Assembly (NCBI GenBank): GCA_038214755.1
Contig: JBBQRQ010000125.1
Span: 1 to 12,053 of the forward strand
Direction: 5' to 3'
Source: Verrucomicrobiota bacterium
GTDB taxonomy: Bacteria > Verrucomicrobiota > Verrucomicrobiia > Limisphaerales > CANJXF01
Length of the DNA stretch: 12,053 nt
Shown: piece by piece, positions 1-8,086 of the stretch
Position numbering within the stretch: position 1 is the first letter of the stretch
Layout of the letters: each line of letters begins with the position of its first letter
Program-made: the position numbers and the translations under genes
The notes under the pieces: model-generated
What the model was told of the DNA's origin: nothing
Seen by the model: only the letters and a program-made list of their open reading frames with translations
Databases searched by the model: none

Positions 1-139
1 TGGAAAACCGGCAAAAGCCAGTGATCCACCCTCAAAGAGTCGTCGTGAAATTGAAATCGAAAAAAGCTATGACCGCAAAAGAACGCCCGTTTTATATGGG
101 GAAAATTGCTGTCAGCCAAAACTTAACCGGACAGTAGTG
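1..139 (+). mobile_element. Right end of a probable IS4-family insertion sequence (transposase C-terminus in frame 3..137 plus terminal inverted repeat)
   Basis: Frame 3 is open from the window edge to TAG at 135-137 and ends ...SQNLTGQ*. The terminus CTTAACCGGACAGTAGTG (122-139) resembles IS4-family ends where the transposase stop lies inside the right IR. Only the last 139 bp are visible. Confidence 0.6.
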
Positions 140-1872
140 ATGACAAAGGAATAATTGGTGGTAATGGTATAGGCATCGCCCAAATTGGTGGTAGCAATGG
201 CCAGGCTGTTAGTGAAATGAACCACACTGTTCGCCGCGCCGGACCAACAGGCGGTTAATTGGTTAAAGCAACGGTTGACCGTCACGTTCTCGCAGTTGTT
301 GGTGTAATCGTTGCCAAAGAAAATATAATAACAGTCCGAGAAGAGAACATTGCGCAGATTGACCGTGCCGGCCTTGCTGTCCACCCCGCTCCCGCATTGA
401 TAAAATTGGACATTCCGCAGCTCTGCGACATCTCCGATAGACCAATAGGTTATTGCCCAGGTTGCCCAACTGATTCGGATATTTTTTAGATTCGGATTTT
501 CCCCGTCGATCCCGAAACACGTCCAGTAATAGGAAGGGGTGCCGGTGCTTTCGCTGATGGTTTCTCCAACCGAATCGTCATCCCGGCTGGTAAAAACCGC
601 GGGTTTGTAGGCGTCGGTTTTGCAATCAAATGACCCATCATTCCAAATTTGCCCGGTATCCGGGGAAATCTTGATAACCGCCCCACCTTCAATGGTCGTG
701 GTGCCGGAGAGATGAATATCGCCGCTTAAGTAATAGGTCGTATCTCCCTGAAAGGTGAAGTCGGTAAACCAGTCCTCGTAATCATATATCACGTAATCCA
801 GCACGAACCCTTTCTGCTTGGACGGCGCACTGGCCACATCCATTTTTTTATTTTGAATTTTGGCTTCTCGGTGAGTTGGTAGCTTTCGCTTAAGACTGGC
901 CCGCCTTAATCCACCGCCTGATTTGTTGGCCGCCTGTTCTTTGGACGCGGGCAACTTCTCTATTTCGGCTTTGATGCTTTGAAAAGGAACTTCTTCGATC
1001 AGGAAATCTCTGCCGTCGAGCTTGGTCCAGGTCTTTTGCACCGGCGTGGCTTGGGCCGAATGGCGAAAACCAGCGGCAGCCGCAGGACTGTTGCTCTCGC
1101 TCAGGGAAAACGCACTCCCTTGCCCAATGCGCACCGAACCAAAGTCCAATGCTTCGTCTATCGCCTGATTCTTGAGACGCCTGGCTGTTTTGACTGGCTG
1201 CGGTGGATCGATAAATTCCGTCAATACTTCCAAACGAGTCGTTGCAGGATTCAGACCATACTCCTCTGGAGAAGGAATTTTTTCCAGGATGATGACGTCT
1301 TGCTCGAAGCCCACTTTTGTATAGGTGAAGCGGAGAGAGGCTTTTATGTCAGTGAATGCATCGGGATAGATGATTTGATTCGGCGGGTGTAAGACACCAA
1401 TGCTGTCCTTAATCTCCCCGATCATGGCGCTCTTGCCGGTGGCCGTATCTAAGTAGCTAAGTCCAAGAACGTGACTGCGCAGTTGCTTGCCATCGGGAGC
1501 GGTGAAATCAATCGCGCCGACCGTATTGATATTGGCCGCGAAATTGACTTTGTGCGCGCCTTTGGTAGCGGCTGCGCCATCCTTGGTGATTTCGATTTTA
1601 GCTTCTGATTCAATCCATTGCCCATCCTTCAAATAATGCATTCCACTGGCTAACTCGGTGTAGTAAACGATGCGAGTGTATGCCTCCCCTCCCGTGTCGC
1701 TTTCCGAAATGACGCGTTGCCACAGTTTGTAATTGGCGCCACGAGCCACGACATCAAAGCGCGGAACCTCCTTTGAGTTATGGGTGGTTACGTTCGGCGC
1801 TGTTGGCTGGGCGCGGGTTCCAACTTGGCAAGCGAAAAGTACGAAGCTAACAAGCAGTAATGACTTCTTCAT
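112..1872 (-). pseudogene. Secreted protein (signal peptide, large N-terminal beta-rich domain, then right-handed beta-helix-like region), probably 3'-truncated by the IS at about 139/140
   Basis: 586-aa ORF with strong RBS and N-terminal signal peptide MKKSLLLVSFVLFACQVGTRA-Q. Beta-helix-like segment GTTTIEGGAVIK...PAVFTSRDDDSVGE followed by LKNIRI/LRNVQF/LRNVLF repeats. The last 8 residues (TTVRLSFG*) are read from the IS end. Confidence 0.7.
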
Positions 1873-1876
1873 TAAA

Positions 1877-1884
1877 TCCTCCTT
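1877..1884 (-). promoter_or_regulatory. Shine-Dalgarno sequence of the 112..1872 gene
   Basis: AAGGAGGA on the minus strand, 4 nt before the ATG at 1872. Confidence 0.8.
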
Positions 1885-1885
1885 T

Positions 1886-1991
1886 AAAAAAACTCAAAAT
1901 GACTCCATAATCACGACCGTTTGGGGAAATTTTTAGCAGAGACTCAACCCTGAAGGAAAACAATGTCAAAGTTATTTTTTTGAGTTTTTTT
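1886..1991. repeat. Perfect 14-bp inverted repeat flanking a 78-bp spacer
   Basis: AAAAAAACTCAAAA (1886-1899) and TTTTGAGTTTTTTT (1978-1991) are exact reverse complements. Confidence 0.75.
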
Positions 1992-2216
1992 TAGTTTGTG
2001 GGCATACGGGGGATCCGTTCTCTGGTGGAAGGTTTGCCCGTGCAATCCAAGCGAGTTTAGAGGATCGGGAGGCGGGCAATTTTCCGAAGGAATTAGCCCG
2101 GATAACGCAATCGGCCACATTCAGTGAAATTCTTCTAGTTGGACGGTTACTGTCATCTGATCCTTTTAGAATCAGGGACTTGCGGAGCTATCCTTCGAAA
2201 TCGCAGCACATTACTT

Positions 2217-2363
2217 CGCTTTGGGATCACGTTAAGATGCTTTAATGTCCCGTTCCAACGCTTCAGTATTCTGTTGTGACGCTTTAGTATAGCCTTGCGA
2301 TGCTCTAGTTTCACGTTGCGGTGCTTTAGGATCGTGTCGCGACGCTTTAGGATCGCGCCAGGA
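2217..2363. repeat. Degenerate 21-bp tandem repeat, 7 units
   Basis: Units: cgctttgggatcacgttaaga / tgctttaatgtcccgttccaa / cgcttcagtattctgttgtga / cgctttagtatagccttgcga / tgctctagtttcacgttgcgg / tgctttaggatcgtgtcgcga / cgctttaggatcgcgccagga. Exact 21-nt period. A weaker eighth unit lies at 2196-2216. Confidence 0.85.
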
Positions 2364-2419
2364 GGGTCATGTATCCGAATCCAAAGGGACGGGGACGGAG
2401 CGGGAAAGCGGCGTAAGTG

Positions 2420-2693
2420 GAAAATTTCCTTTCCTTCAAAGATGTCGCTGAAGCGTCGCGCAGACTTTCTACTCCGCCGTTGGGACGAGCTTCCTGGCTC
2501 GGTCGGCTTCGAGCAACGGAGATTTTGCGTAAACTTGCAGCTAGAGGGAAGCCTGCGCTGCGTCGCTTTCGTCGATTGCCGTTTGAAATTTCTGTGATCG
2601 ATTATTCGTTGCATCGTTAAAGGGTGAAATCGGTTTTTAGTTTGGAGCGGTGCTGCGGGGTGGTCGGCAATTTAGAAAATTTCCTTTCCTTCA
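2420..2693 (+). repeat. Exact 19-bp direct repeat, 255-bp period
   Basis: GAAAATTTCCTTTCCTTCA at 2420-2438 and 2675-2693. Confidence 0.85.
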
Positions 2694-2730
2694 CTCGCCT
2701 TGCGTCTATCTTGCCGCGTTCGCTAAATGC

Positions 2731-2811
2731 GTTGAATCGTTAAAAGGTTGAATCGTTGAATTACGAATTACGATTCAACGATTTAACGATTTAACGATCC
2801 AACGGTGTAAC
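2731..2811. repeat. Inverted pair of 8-bp tandem arrays in the lepA leader
   Basis: Left arm gttgaatc-gttaaaag-gttgaatc-gttgaatt (2731-2762). Right arm gattcaac-gatttaac-gatttaac-gatccaac-ggtgtaac (2772-2811). The units are reverse complements of each other. Confidence 0.85.
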
Positions 2812-2817
2812 GAAGAC

Positions 2818-4608
2818 ATGGACGCAGCACACATCAGAAATTTCAGCATCATCGCCCACATCGATCACGGGAAGACCACGCTTTCAGACCGGCTTTTGCA
2901 TTCGACGGGAACCATCGCTACGCGCGACATGGAGGAGCAATTGCTCGACTCGATGGACTTGGAAAGAGAGCGGGGGATCACGATCAAGGCGCACCCGGTG
3001 ACGATGCTTTATAAGGCGAAGAATGGGGAAAGCTACGAACTCAATCTCATCGACACGCCGGGGCACGTGGATTTTTCCTATGAAGTTTCGCGGAGCTTGA
3101 GCGCGTGCGAAGGCGCATTGCTCATCATTGATGCCGCGCAAGGTGTCGAGGCGCAAACCGTCGCCAATGTTCATCTCGCGATGAAACAGAATCTCGCCAT
3201 CATTCCAGTGATCAACAAAATCGATTTGCCGCACGCGGACATCGCTCTGGCGAAAATGCAGCTTGAAGATATTTTGGCGATTCCTGCGGACACGGCGATT
3301 CTGGCGAGCGCAAAAGAGGGGATTGGCATCGACGAAATTCTCGAAGCAATTGTCGCGCGAATTCCCGCGCCGAAACCGAGCGGAGAAGCCTCTTTGCAAG
3401 CGCTGGGCTTTGATTCTTATTTCGACACTTACAAAGGCGTGGTGACGCACGTTCGAGTTTTCAACGGAGAATTGAGAGCGGGAATGCAGGTGAAACTTTT
3501 GCACTCAGGCAAGTCGGTTGAGGTGAAGGAGGTTGGAAGTTTCAATCCCAAACCTTACGTGCGCGAGAAATTAGAAGTCGGCGAGACGGGTTATTTCACC
3601 GCGAATATCAAAAGCCCCAAGGAAGTGAAGATGGGCGACACCATCACGGATTCGCGCAACCCCTCGCCCGTATTGCCAGGCTTCAAGGAAATTCATCCGA
3701 TGGTCTTCAGCGGAATTTATCCGATCAACACGGCGGACTACGAACACCTCAAAGCGAATCTCGGCAAATTGCAATTGAACGATTCGGCGTTTGTTTTCCA
3801 GAGTGAAAGTTCCGTGGCGCTGGGCTTTGGTTTTCGTTGCGGGTTTCTCGGTTTGTTACATTTGGAAATTGTGCAGGAACGTTTGCGTCGCGAATACAGC
3901 ATGGACATCATCGCGACGTATCCAAGCGTGGTGTATCGCGTGACGATGACCGATGGCACGGTGAAGGAAATTGATAACCCCGCGTATTTGCCCGAAGCGA
4001 ATTACATCGCGAAAATCGAGGAGCCGATGGTGCAGGCTTTCGTGATTTGCCCGAACGAATATATCGGCGACATGATGGCCTTGATCTCGGAAAAGCGGGG
4101 GATGGTGGATCACACTGAAACATTGGACACGCGCCGGGTCATGCTGACGAGCTTGTTGCCACTCAATGAAATCTTAATTGATTTTCACGACCGGATTAAA
4201 AGCATCACGCGCGGATTTGGCTCGATGGATTATGAGCACGCGGACTACCGGGAATCGGCCATGGTGAAACTCGACCTGCTCGTGAATGGAGAATCGGTGG
4301 ACGCATTTTCCTGCATCGTGCATCGCGACAAGGCAGAGGGCAGGGGACGGGCGCTCGCCGCGAAGTTGAAGGAAGTCATCCCGCCGCAACAATATCAAGT
4401 GGCTATTCAAGCTGCGATTGGTGGAAAATTTATCGCGCGCGAAACCGTCAGCGCGATGCGAAAAGATGTCACCGCGAAATGTTATGGCGGCGACATTTCG
4501 CGGAAACGAAAATTGTTGGAGAAACAAAAAGAAGGAAAGAAGCGGATGAAGGCGTTCGGCAGTGTCAACATTCCGCAAGAAGCGTTTATCGAAGTTTTGA
4601 AAGCATAA
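2818..4608 (+). CDS. lepA: Translation elongation factor 4 (LepA GTPase)
   Basis: IRNFSIIAHIDHGKTTL P-loop, ERERGITIK, LNLIDTPGHVDF, NKID, GFRCGFLGLLH, and LepA C-terminus RKDVTAKCYGGDISRKRKLLEKQKEGKKRMK. 596 aa. Confidence 0.99.
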   Translation: MDAAHIRNFSIIAHIDHGKTTLSDRLLHSTGTIATRDMEEQLLDSMDLERERGITIKAHPVTMLYKAKNGESYELNLIDTPGHVDFSYEVSRSLSACEGALLIIDAAQGVEAQTVANVHLAMKQNLAIIPVINKIDLPHADIALAKMQLEDILAIPADTAILASAKEGIGIDEILEAIVARIPAPKPSGEASLQALGFDSYFDTYKGVVTHVRVFNGELRAGMQVKLLHSGKSVEVKEVGSFNPKPYVREKLEVGETGYFTANIKSPKEVKMGDTITDSRNPSPVLPGFKEIHPMVFSGIYPINTADYEHLKANLGKLQLNDSAFVFQSESSVALGFGFRCGFLGLLHLEIVQERLRREYSMDIIATYPSVVYRVTMTDGTVKEIDNPAYLPEANYIAKIEEPMVQAFVICPNEYIGDMMALISEKRGMVDHTETLDTRRVMLTSLLPLNEILIDFHDRIKSITRGFGSMDYEHADYRESAMVKLDLLVNGESVDAFSCIVHRDKAEGRGRALAAKLKEVIPPQQYQVAIQAAIGGKFIARETVSAMRKDVTAKCYGGDISRKRKLLEKQKEGKKRMKAFGSVNIPQEAFIEVLKA

Positions 4609-4611
4609 AAT

Positions 4612-5838
4612 ATGAAATTACGCTGGTTTTTATCCGGGACGGTTCGCGAAGCAACCGAGATGTGCAACCACGTCGAAAAAATGCTCAATGCCCAACGCGA
4701 TTTACTTTCACCGCCCGCGATTATCGCCGTGGATTCCGCGCAAAAGGAAACGCAAAAAGCCATCAGCGATCATGCGGATAACGACACGGTGCGCAAACGA
4801 ATGGTTGAACTGGAAGCCGCGGCCAACAAATGGCTCAAACCCTATCCGCACTCCGGGTGGCGGGAAAATGTGGAAGTTTTTTTAGTAGCCATCGCGGTGG
4901 CCATGGCGATTCGAACTTTTTTTCTGCAGCCGTTCAAGATTCCAACCGGCTCGATGCAGCCCACTTTATACGGAGTGGAGTATGATCGCGTCGATAAAAT
5001 CCCAAATCGTTTTGGCAGAATCTGGGACGCCTGCGTGCGCGGAACTTTTTATCATCATCTCGTCGCAGAGGCCGATGGAGAATTGGTCGGCCTGAGCCAG
5101 GGGAAAACTTTTTTGCGCTTCATCAACAAGCAGGAATTAATCATGGAATATCACGTCGGCGATCAAACCGTTCAGAAGGCGCATACGCTCTGGTTTTCGC
5201 CCGATGAAGACCAGAAATTCGCGCAGAAGGCTAATCTTGACAAAGGTCATTTTTACAAAAAAGGTGAGGACATTCTTCGCATCGCCGAGATCGCCGGCGA
5301 CCATTTGTTCGTCGATCGGCTGACTTACAATTTTCGCGCGCCCACTCGCGGGGAAATTATCGTCTTCAAAACCAAAGGGATCTACCATCCCGGCATGAAG
5401 CAGGATCAATTCTATATCAAACGACTCGTCGCGCTCGGTGGGGAAAATGCCAGCATCGGCGACGACCAACATTTGCGTATCAACGGTTCCCGCCTCGACG
5501 CCTCGACGCCCCATTTCGGAAGCGTTTATACCTTCGATCCGGTTTGGCGCGAGAACCATTACTTCGGCCACGTCAACGAAGCGACTGCCGAGTTACTTGT
5601 CAAAATCGGAACGCTCCGGCAAGCGGGGCTGGCTCCTTTTTTTCCAGATCAGCAAACTGTTTTTGAAGTTCCGCCGAAGCATTACATGGTCATGGGCGAC
5701 AATACCCTGAACAGTTGGGACTCTCGGAGCTGGGGTCCATTTCCGCGCGGCAACGTCATCGGAAAATCCTTTTTCGTTTATTGGCCAGTGGCGAACCACG
5801 GCGAAAGCCGGTTCGGTTGGGGACATACGGCGAAGTAA
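4612..5838 (+). CDS. lepB: Signal peptidase I (S26 family) with N-terminal helical extension
   Basis: TM helix then box B FKIPTGSMQPTL (catalytic Ser), GDHLFVDR, RGEIIVF, box D YIKRLV (catalytic Lys) and box E MGDNTLNSWDSRSWG. It lies 3 nt after lepA, the conserved lepA-lepB order. Confidence 0.96.
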   Translation: MKLRWFLSGTVREATEMCNHVEKMLNAQRDLLSPPAIIAVDSAQKETQKAISDHADNDTVRKRMVELEAAANKWLKPYPHSGWRENVEVFLVAIAVAMAIRTFFLQPFKIPTGSMQPTLYGVEYDRVDKIPNRFGRIWDACVRGTFYHHLVAEADGELVGLSQGKTFLRFINKQELIMEYHVGDQTVQKAHTLWFSPDEDQKFAQKANLDKGHFYKKGEDILRIAEIAGDHLFVDRLTYNFRAPTRGEIIVFKTKGIYHPGMKQDQFYIKRLVALGGENASIGDDQHLRINGSRLDASTPHFGSVYTFDPVWRENHYFGHVNEATAELLVKIGTLRQAGLAPFFPDQQTVFEVPPKHYMVMGDNTLNSWDSRSWGPFPRGNVIGKSFFVYWPVANHGESRFGWGHTAK

Positions 5839-5972
5839 ACCCAACGTATAATTCGCACTATGTTTGTTATGTTTAATTAGCGTGTTCCCGTTCGCGTGGT
5901 CAATTTGTAATTTGAGTCTTGGTCGATAAGTTTTCCCAACGCGCGGGCATTCTGAAGGAATTATTTTCAGTT

Positions 5973-6108
5973 CCAAACCGAAGTCCGAGAATCCGATAGC
6001 CCAAAGATATTCGAATCCCGAAACTCGGCCGAAAGCCGCGCAGCAAATCGCTTTTCTGGGCTGGTGCGGAATCGTCGTCAGCGCTCGGATTTCAGGGATT
6101 CAAATTTC
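5973..6108. repeat. Degenerate (AATCCGA/TCGGATT)-type short-repeat imperfect inverted repeat between convergent genes
   Basis: ccgaagtccgagaatccga and gatattcgaatcccgaaactcgg (6006-6028) pair imperfectly with tcggatttcagggattcaaatttc (6085-6108). Confidence 0.45.
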
Positions 6109-7531
6109 ACGGCGAGCGTAGTTGATAAAACCGGCGTGGATAATTTGTCGCATTCGCGTCGTTGAATTGATAGAGGCCAGGATTGCCCAAGCCGCCGCGT
6201 CCGAAGTTGGTTCCCTGGAAATTGCCCGCTGCTTCGGTGAACCCGAGTTCGTAAAGTTTGTCGTGATACCAATTACACCAATAAAAAAGCTGCGCCACAG
6301 CGGCGTTGGTGTAAGTGCTCGGCGCTTGCGCCAGATCCATCGGAAAATCGAACACGCGGAACGGCGAGCCTTGCGGACGAGGAAGGTCCGGCAAATTATC
6401 ACCGTTCTTATCGGTGTGAGCATCGACGTTGTTGCCGCGCGTTTCGTTGATGCCGTCATTAATCCAACCGTTGGGGGATGCGTTGGTGTTCAGTGCGCTG
6501 AAGGTGAGCAGTTGGCGCGCAACCAAGGGCGGTTGGTTCGTGTTCGGTATTGGCCAGCCGGGCGAAAACGGTGATGGACTGTCGCTGACAAACACCCGGT
6601 AAGTGGCATCGCTGAGATAGGACGTAAGGCACTGTCTGAAGAGTGCCTCGCCATTCCGCACGTCCACCAAGACCCGGAACATTTCGCTTCGCGCGTGACT
6701 GGTCAGAACCACTTCCCAGCAAAGGCGCATTACCGAACTGCTCATCGGCAGCCATACCAGATGCACCTCCACCTCTCCACTGAGGTGAGGAGGAGCGCGA
6801 AATCGCTGATGCTTGTCGGCGTCAGTCGATGGGTCATCCACCGCGGTAATACTTGCTTCACCCAGATCGGCCTCCACATTTCGGGCGGTGAAGAAGACGG
6901 CTTGTTTCGCTGAAATAATCGGTTGAGCAACCAACGCGGCCCGATTGGGCGTGCCAGCATTGGCCGCTTGGTCCAGCTCGGGCAGGAACTGGCTGGAAAT
7001 ATTGACCAATTCCCCCTTCCACGTCGTGTGAGAAATCAGCACCGCTTCGAACACCGGAATGCCATCCAATTGCTGTTCCCAGACTACAGTCCGCAGACCG
7101 TTGTGGGCGGTGACAGATTCTCGCTTTACTCTGGCCGCAGCCAGCACTTCCGGCCCGTGACCAAAGAGCGCCCTGTGTTCTTTGAGAAAGGCTTTGGTCG
7201 CGCGGTGCGGATCGTTAGCGGGGAACGCGGCGGCGCTGGCGGATGAAATGCCTCGGCCTTGGCCATCAGGTCCGCTCAAAAAACCATCGGTGGCGTCAAT
7301 CAATTTTGGACTGCCAACAATCTCGTCGAACGCGACACGCGCCGTTGGAATACGCACCTGAAGCGCGGCAGCCCCCGCCGTCTTTGCGTCAGGCTGGCCC
7401 GGCGCGGAAATGGCGCGATCCTTTCGCTTATCAAAGTTAGGCAGGTGCGGTGTTCCCGGTAAACTCTGCGCCTTCGCACTGGTGACAACGGCCAAACAAA
7501 TAACCAGTCGAGACAAAGAAAAAGTTTTCAT
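6107..7531 (-). CDS. M36 (fungalysin)-like metallopeptidase precursor lacking the catalytic HEXXH region; probable internally deleted gene
   Basis: Likely start at ATG 7531 (MKTFSLSRLVICLAVVTSAKA-Q signal peptide). FTP-like propeptide (EQQLDGIPVFEAVL) and PepSY-like segment (LVWLPM..LCWEV..VLVDVRNGE). M36 mature-domain start (TRGNNVDA; QLFYWCNWYHDKLYELGFTEAAGNFQGTNFGRGGLGN). No HEXXH is present, and the protein ends PGLYQFNDANATNYPRRFYQLRSP. Confidence 0.8.
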   Translation of the reverse strand: MKTFSLSRLVICLAVVTSAKAQSLPGTPHLPNFDKRKDRAISAPGQPDAKTAGAAALQVRIPTARVAFDEIVGSPKLIDATDGFLSGPDGQGRGISSASAAAFPANDPHRATKAFLKEHRALFGHGPEVLAAARVKRESVTAHNGLRTVVWEQQLDGIPVFEAVLISHTTWKGELVNISSQFLPELDQAANAGTPNRAALVAQPIISAKQAVFFTARNVEADLGEASITAVDDPSTDADKHQRFRAPPHLSGEVEVHLVWLPMSSSVMRLCWEVVLTSHARSEMFRVLVDVRNGEALFRQCLTSYLSDATYRVFVSDSPSPFSPGWPIPNTNQPPLVARQLLTFSALNTNASPNGWINDGINETRGNNVDAHTDKNGDNLPDLPRPQGSPFRVFDFPMDLAQAPSTYTNAAVAQLFYWCNWYHDKLYELGFTEAAGNFQGTNFGRGGLGNPGLYQFNDANATNYPRRFYQLRSP

Positions 7532-7801
7532 AAACCGGGATGAGGTTGGCGCTTTGGGATTCCACACTTCGCAGAGTACGCATCCGCATTAGATTTTTTG
7601 GGTGGTTCGGGTCGATGATTGGGACACGCCTCTGTCAGCCGCAAGGAAATAACCTGAAAAGTTCTTCGGTCTCAAAATCAGCAGCGTAAAATTTCCCAAA
7701 GCGGACGGAAAAATTACCAATTCACGTCCGATGCGGTTAATCAGCCCGCCCGGCCCGGCGACTGCAATCATTCTTCTGAGTCGTCGCAAAATTGCTCGGT
7801 A

Positions 7802-7818
7802 TGTCATTTGCTATGACA
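7802..7818. promoter_or_regulatory. Candidate operator palindrome TGTCAT-N5-ATGACA
   Basis: Perfect 6-bp dyad with a 5-bp spacer in the divergent intergenic region. Confidence 0.35.
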
Positions 7819-8025
7819 GGAGCGGATGCGCAAAGAGAAGATTGAATCGAATTTTTCAGAACGCGGTTGCGGAATGCAATGGCGTTATCCGAGGAGTACG
7901 CCTCTCCTTGCCAACCAGATTTTTCCGCTTTCCCCTCCTCAATTGGAAACGGCTATTGTGGACGCTTCGGCGCCTGCGTTGCACGTCATCTATGGGGGGG
8001 CAAATTTCCAAAAATGATACTCGGT

Positions 8026-8070
8026 GCGGGCTGACTAGAGTGAAGCAGCCCGCGCCCCTCGGTTTTTTTT
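8026..8070 (+). terminator. GC-rich hairpin followed by a T-run (possible intrinsic terminator)
   Basis: gcgggctg (8026-8033) pairs with cagcccgc (8046-8053). The T8 run at 8063-8070 is offset from the stem, so the terminator is non-canonical. Confidence 0.35.
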
Positions 8071-8086
8071 CTTCACTGCTTTAAGC

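Noticed and set aside
1819..1872. Lipoprotein signal (LFAC) in the 586-aa protein
   Set aside because: The lipobox is atypical, with Phe at -2. An SPase I site TRA-Q is at least as plausible, so it is left unresolved.
2217..2363. 21-bp array as a CRISPR array
   Set aside because: The units are contiguous and degenerate with no unique 25-45 bp spacers, and no cas genes are present.
2153..2620. ORFs 2153..2614 (-), 2295..2597 (+) and 2417..2620 (+) as genes
   Set aside because: They overlap one another, have Arg/Ser-rich non-protein-like composition and show no recognisable motif or RBS. The open frames are partly explained by the repeat.
2884..5976. Antisense and alternate-frame ORFs within lepA/lepB (and likewise within the other long genes)
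   Set aside because: These are shadow ORFs of well-supported genes with no independent motifs.
7579..7830. 9-bp inverted repeat CGCATCCGC/GCGGATGCG
   Set aside because: It is short, GC-rich and about 235 bp apart, compatible with chance.
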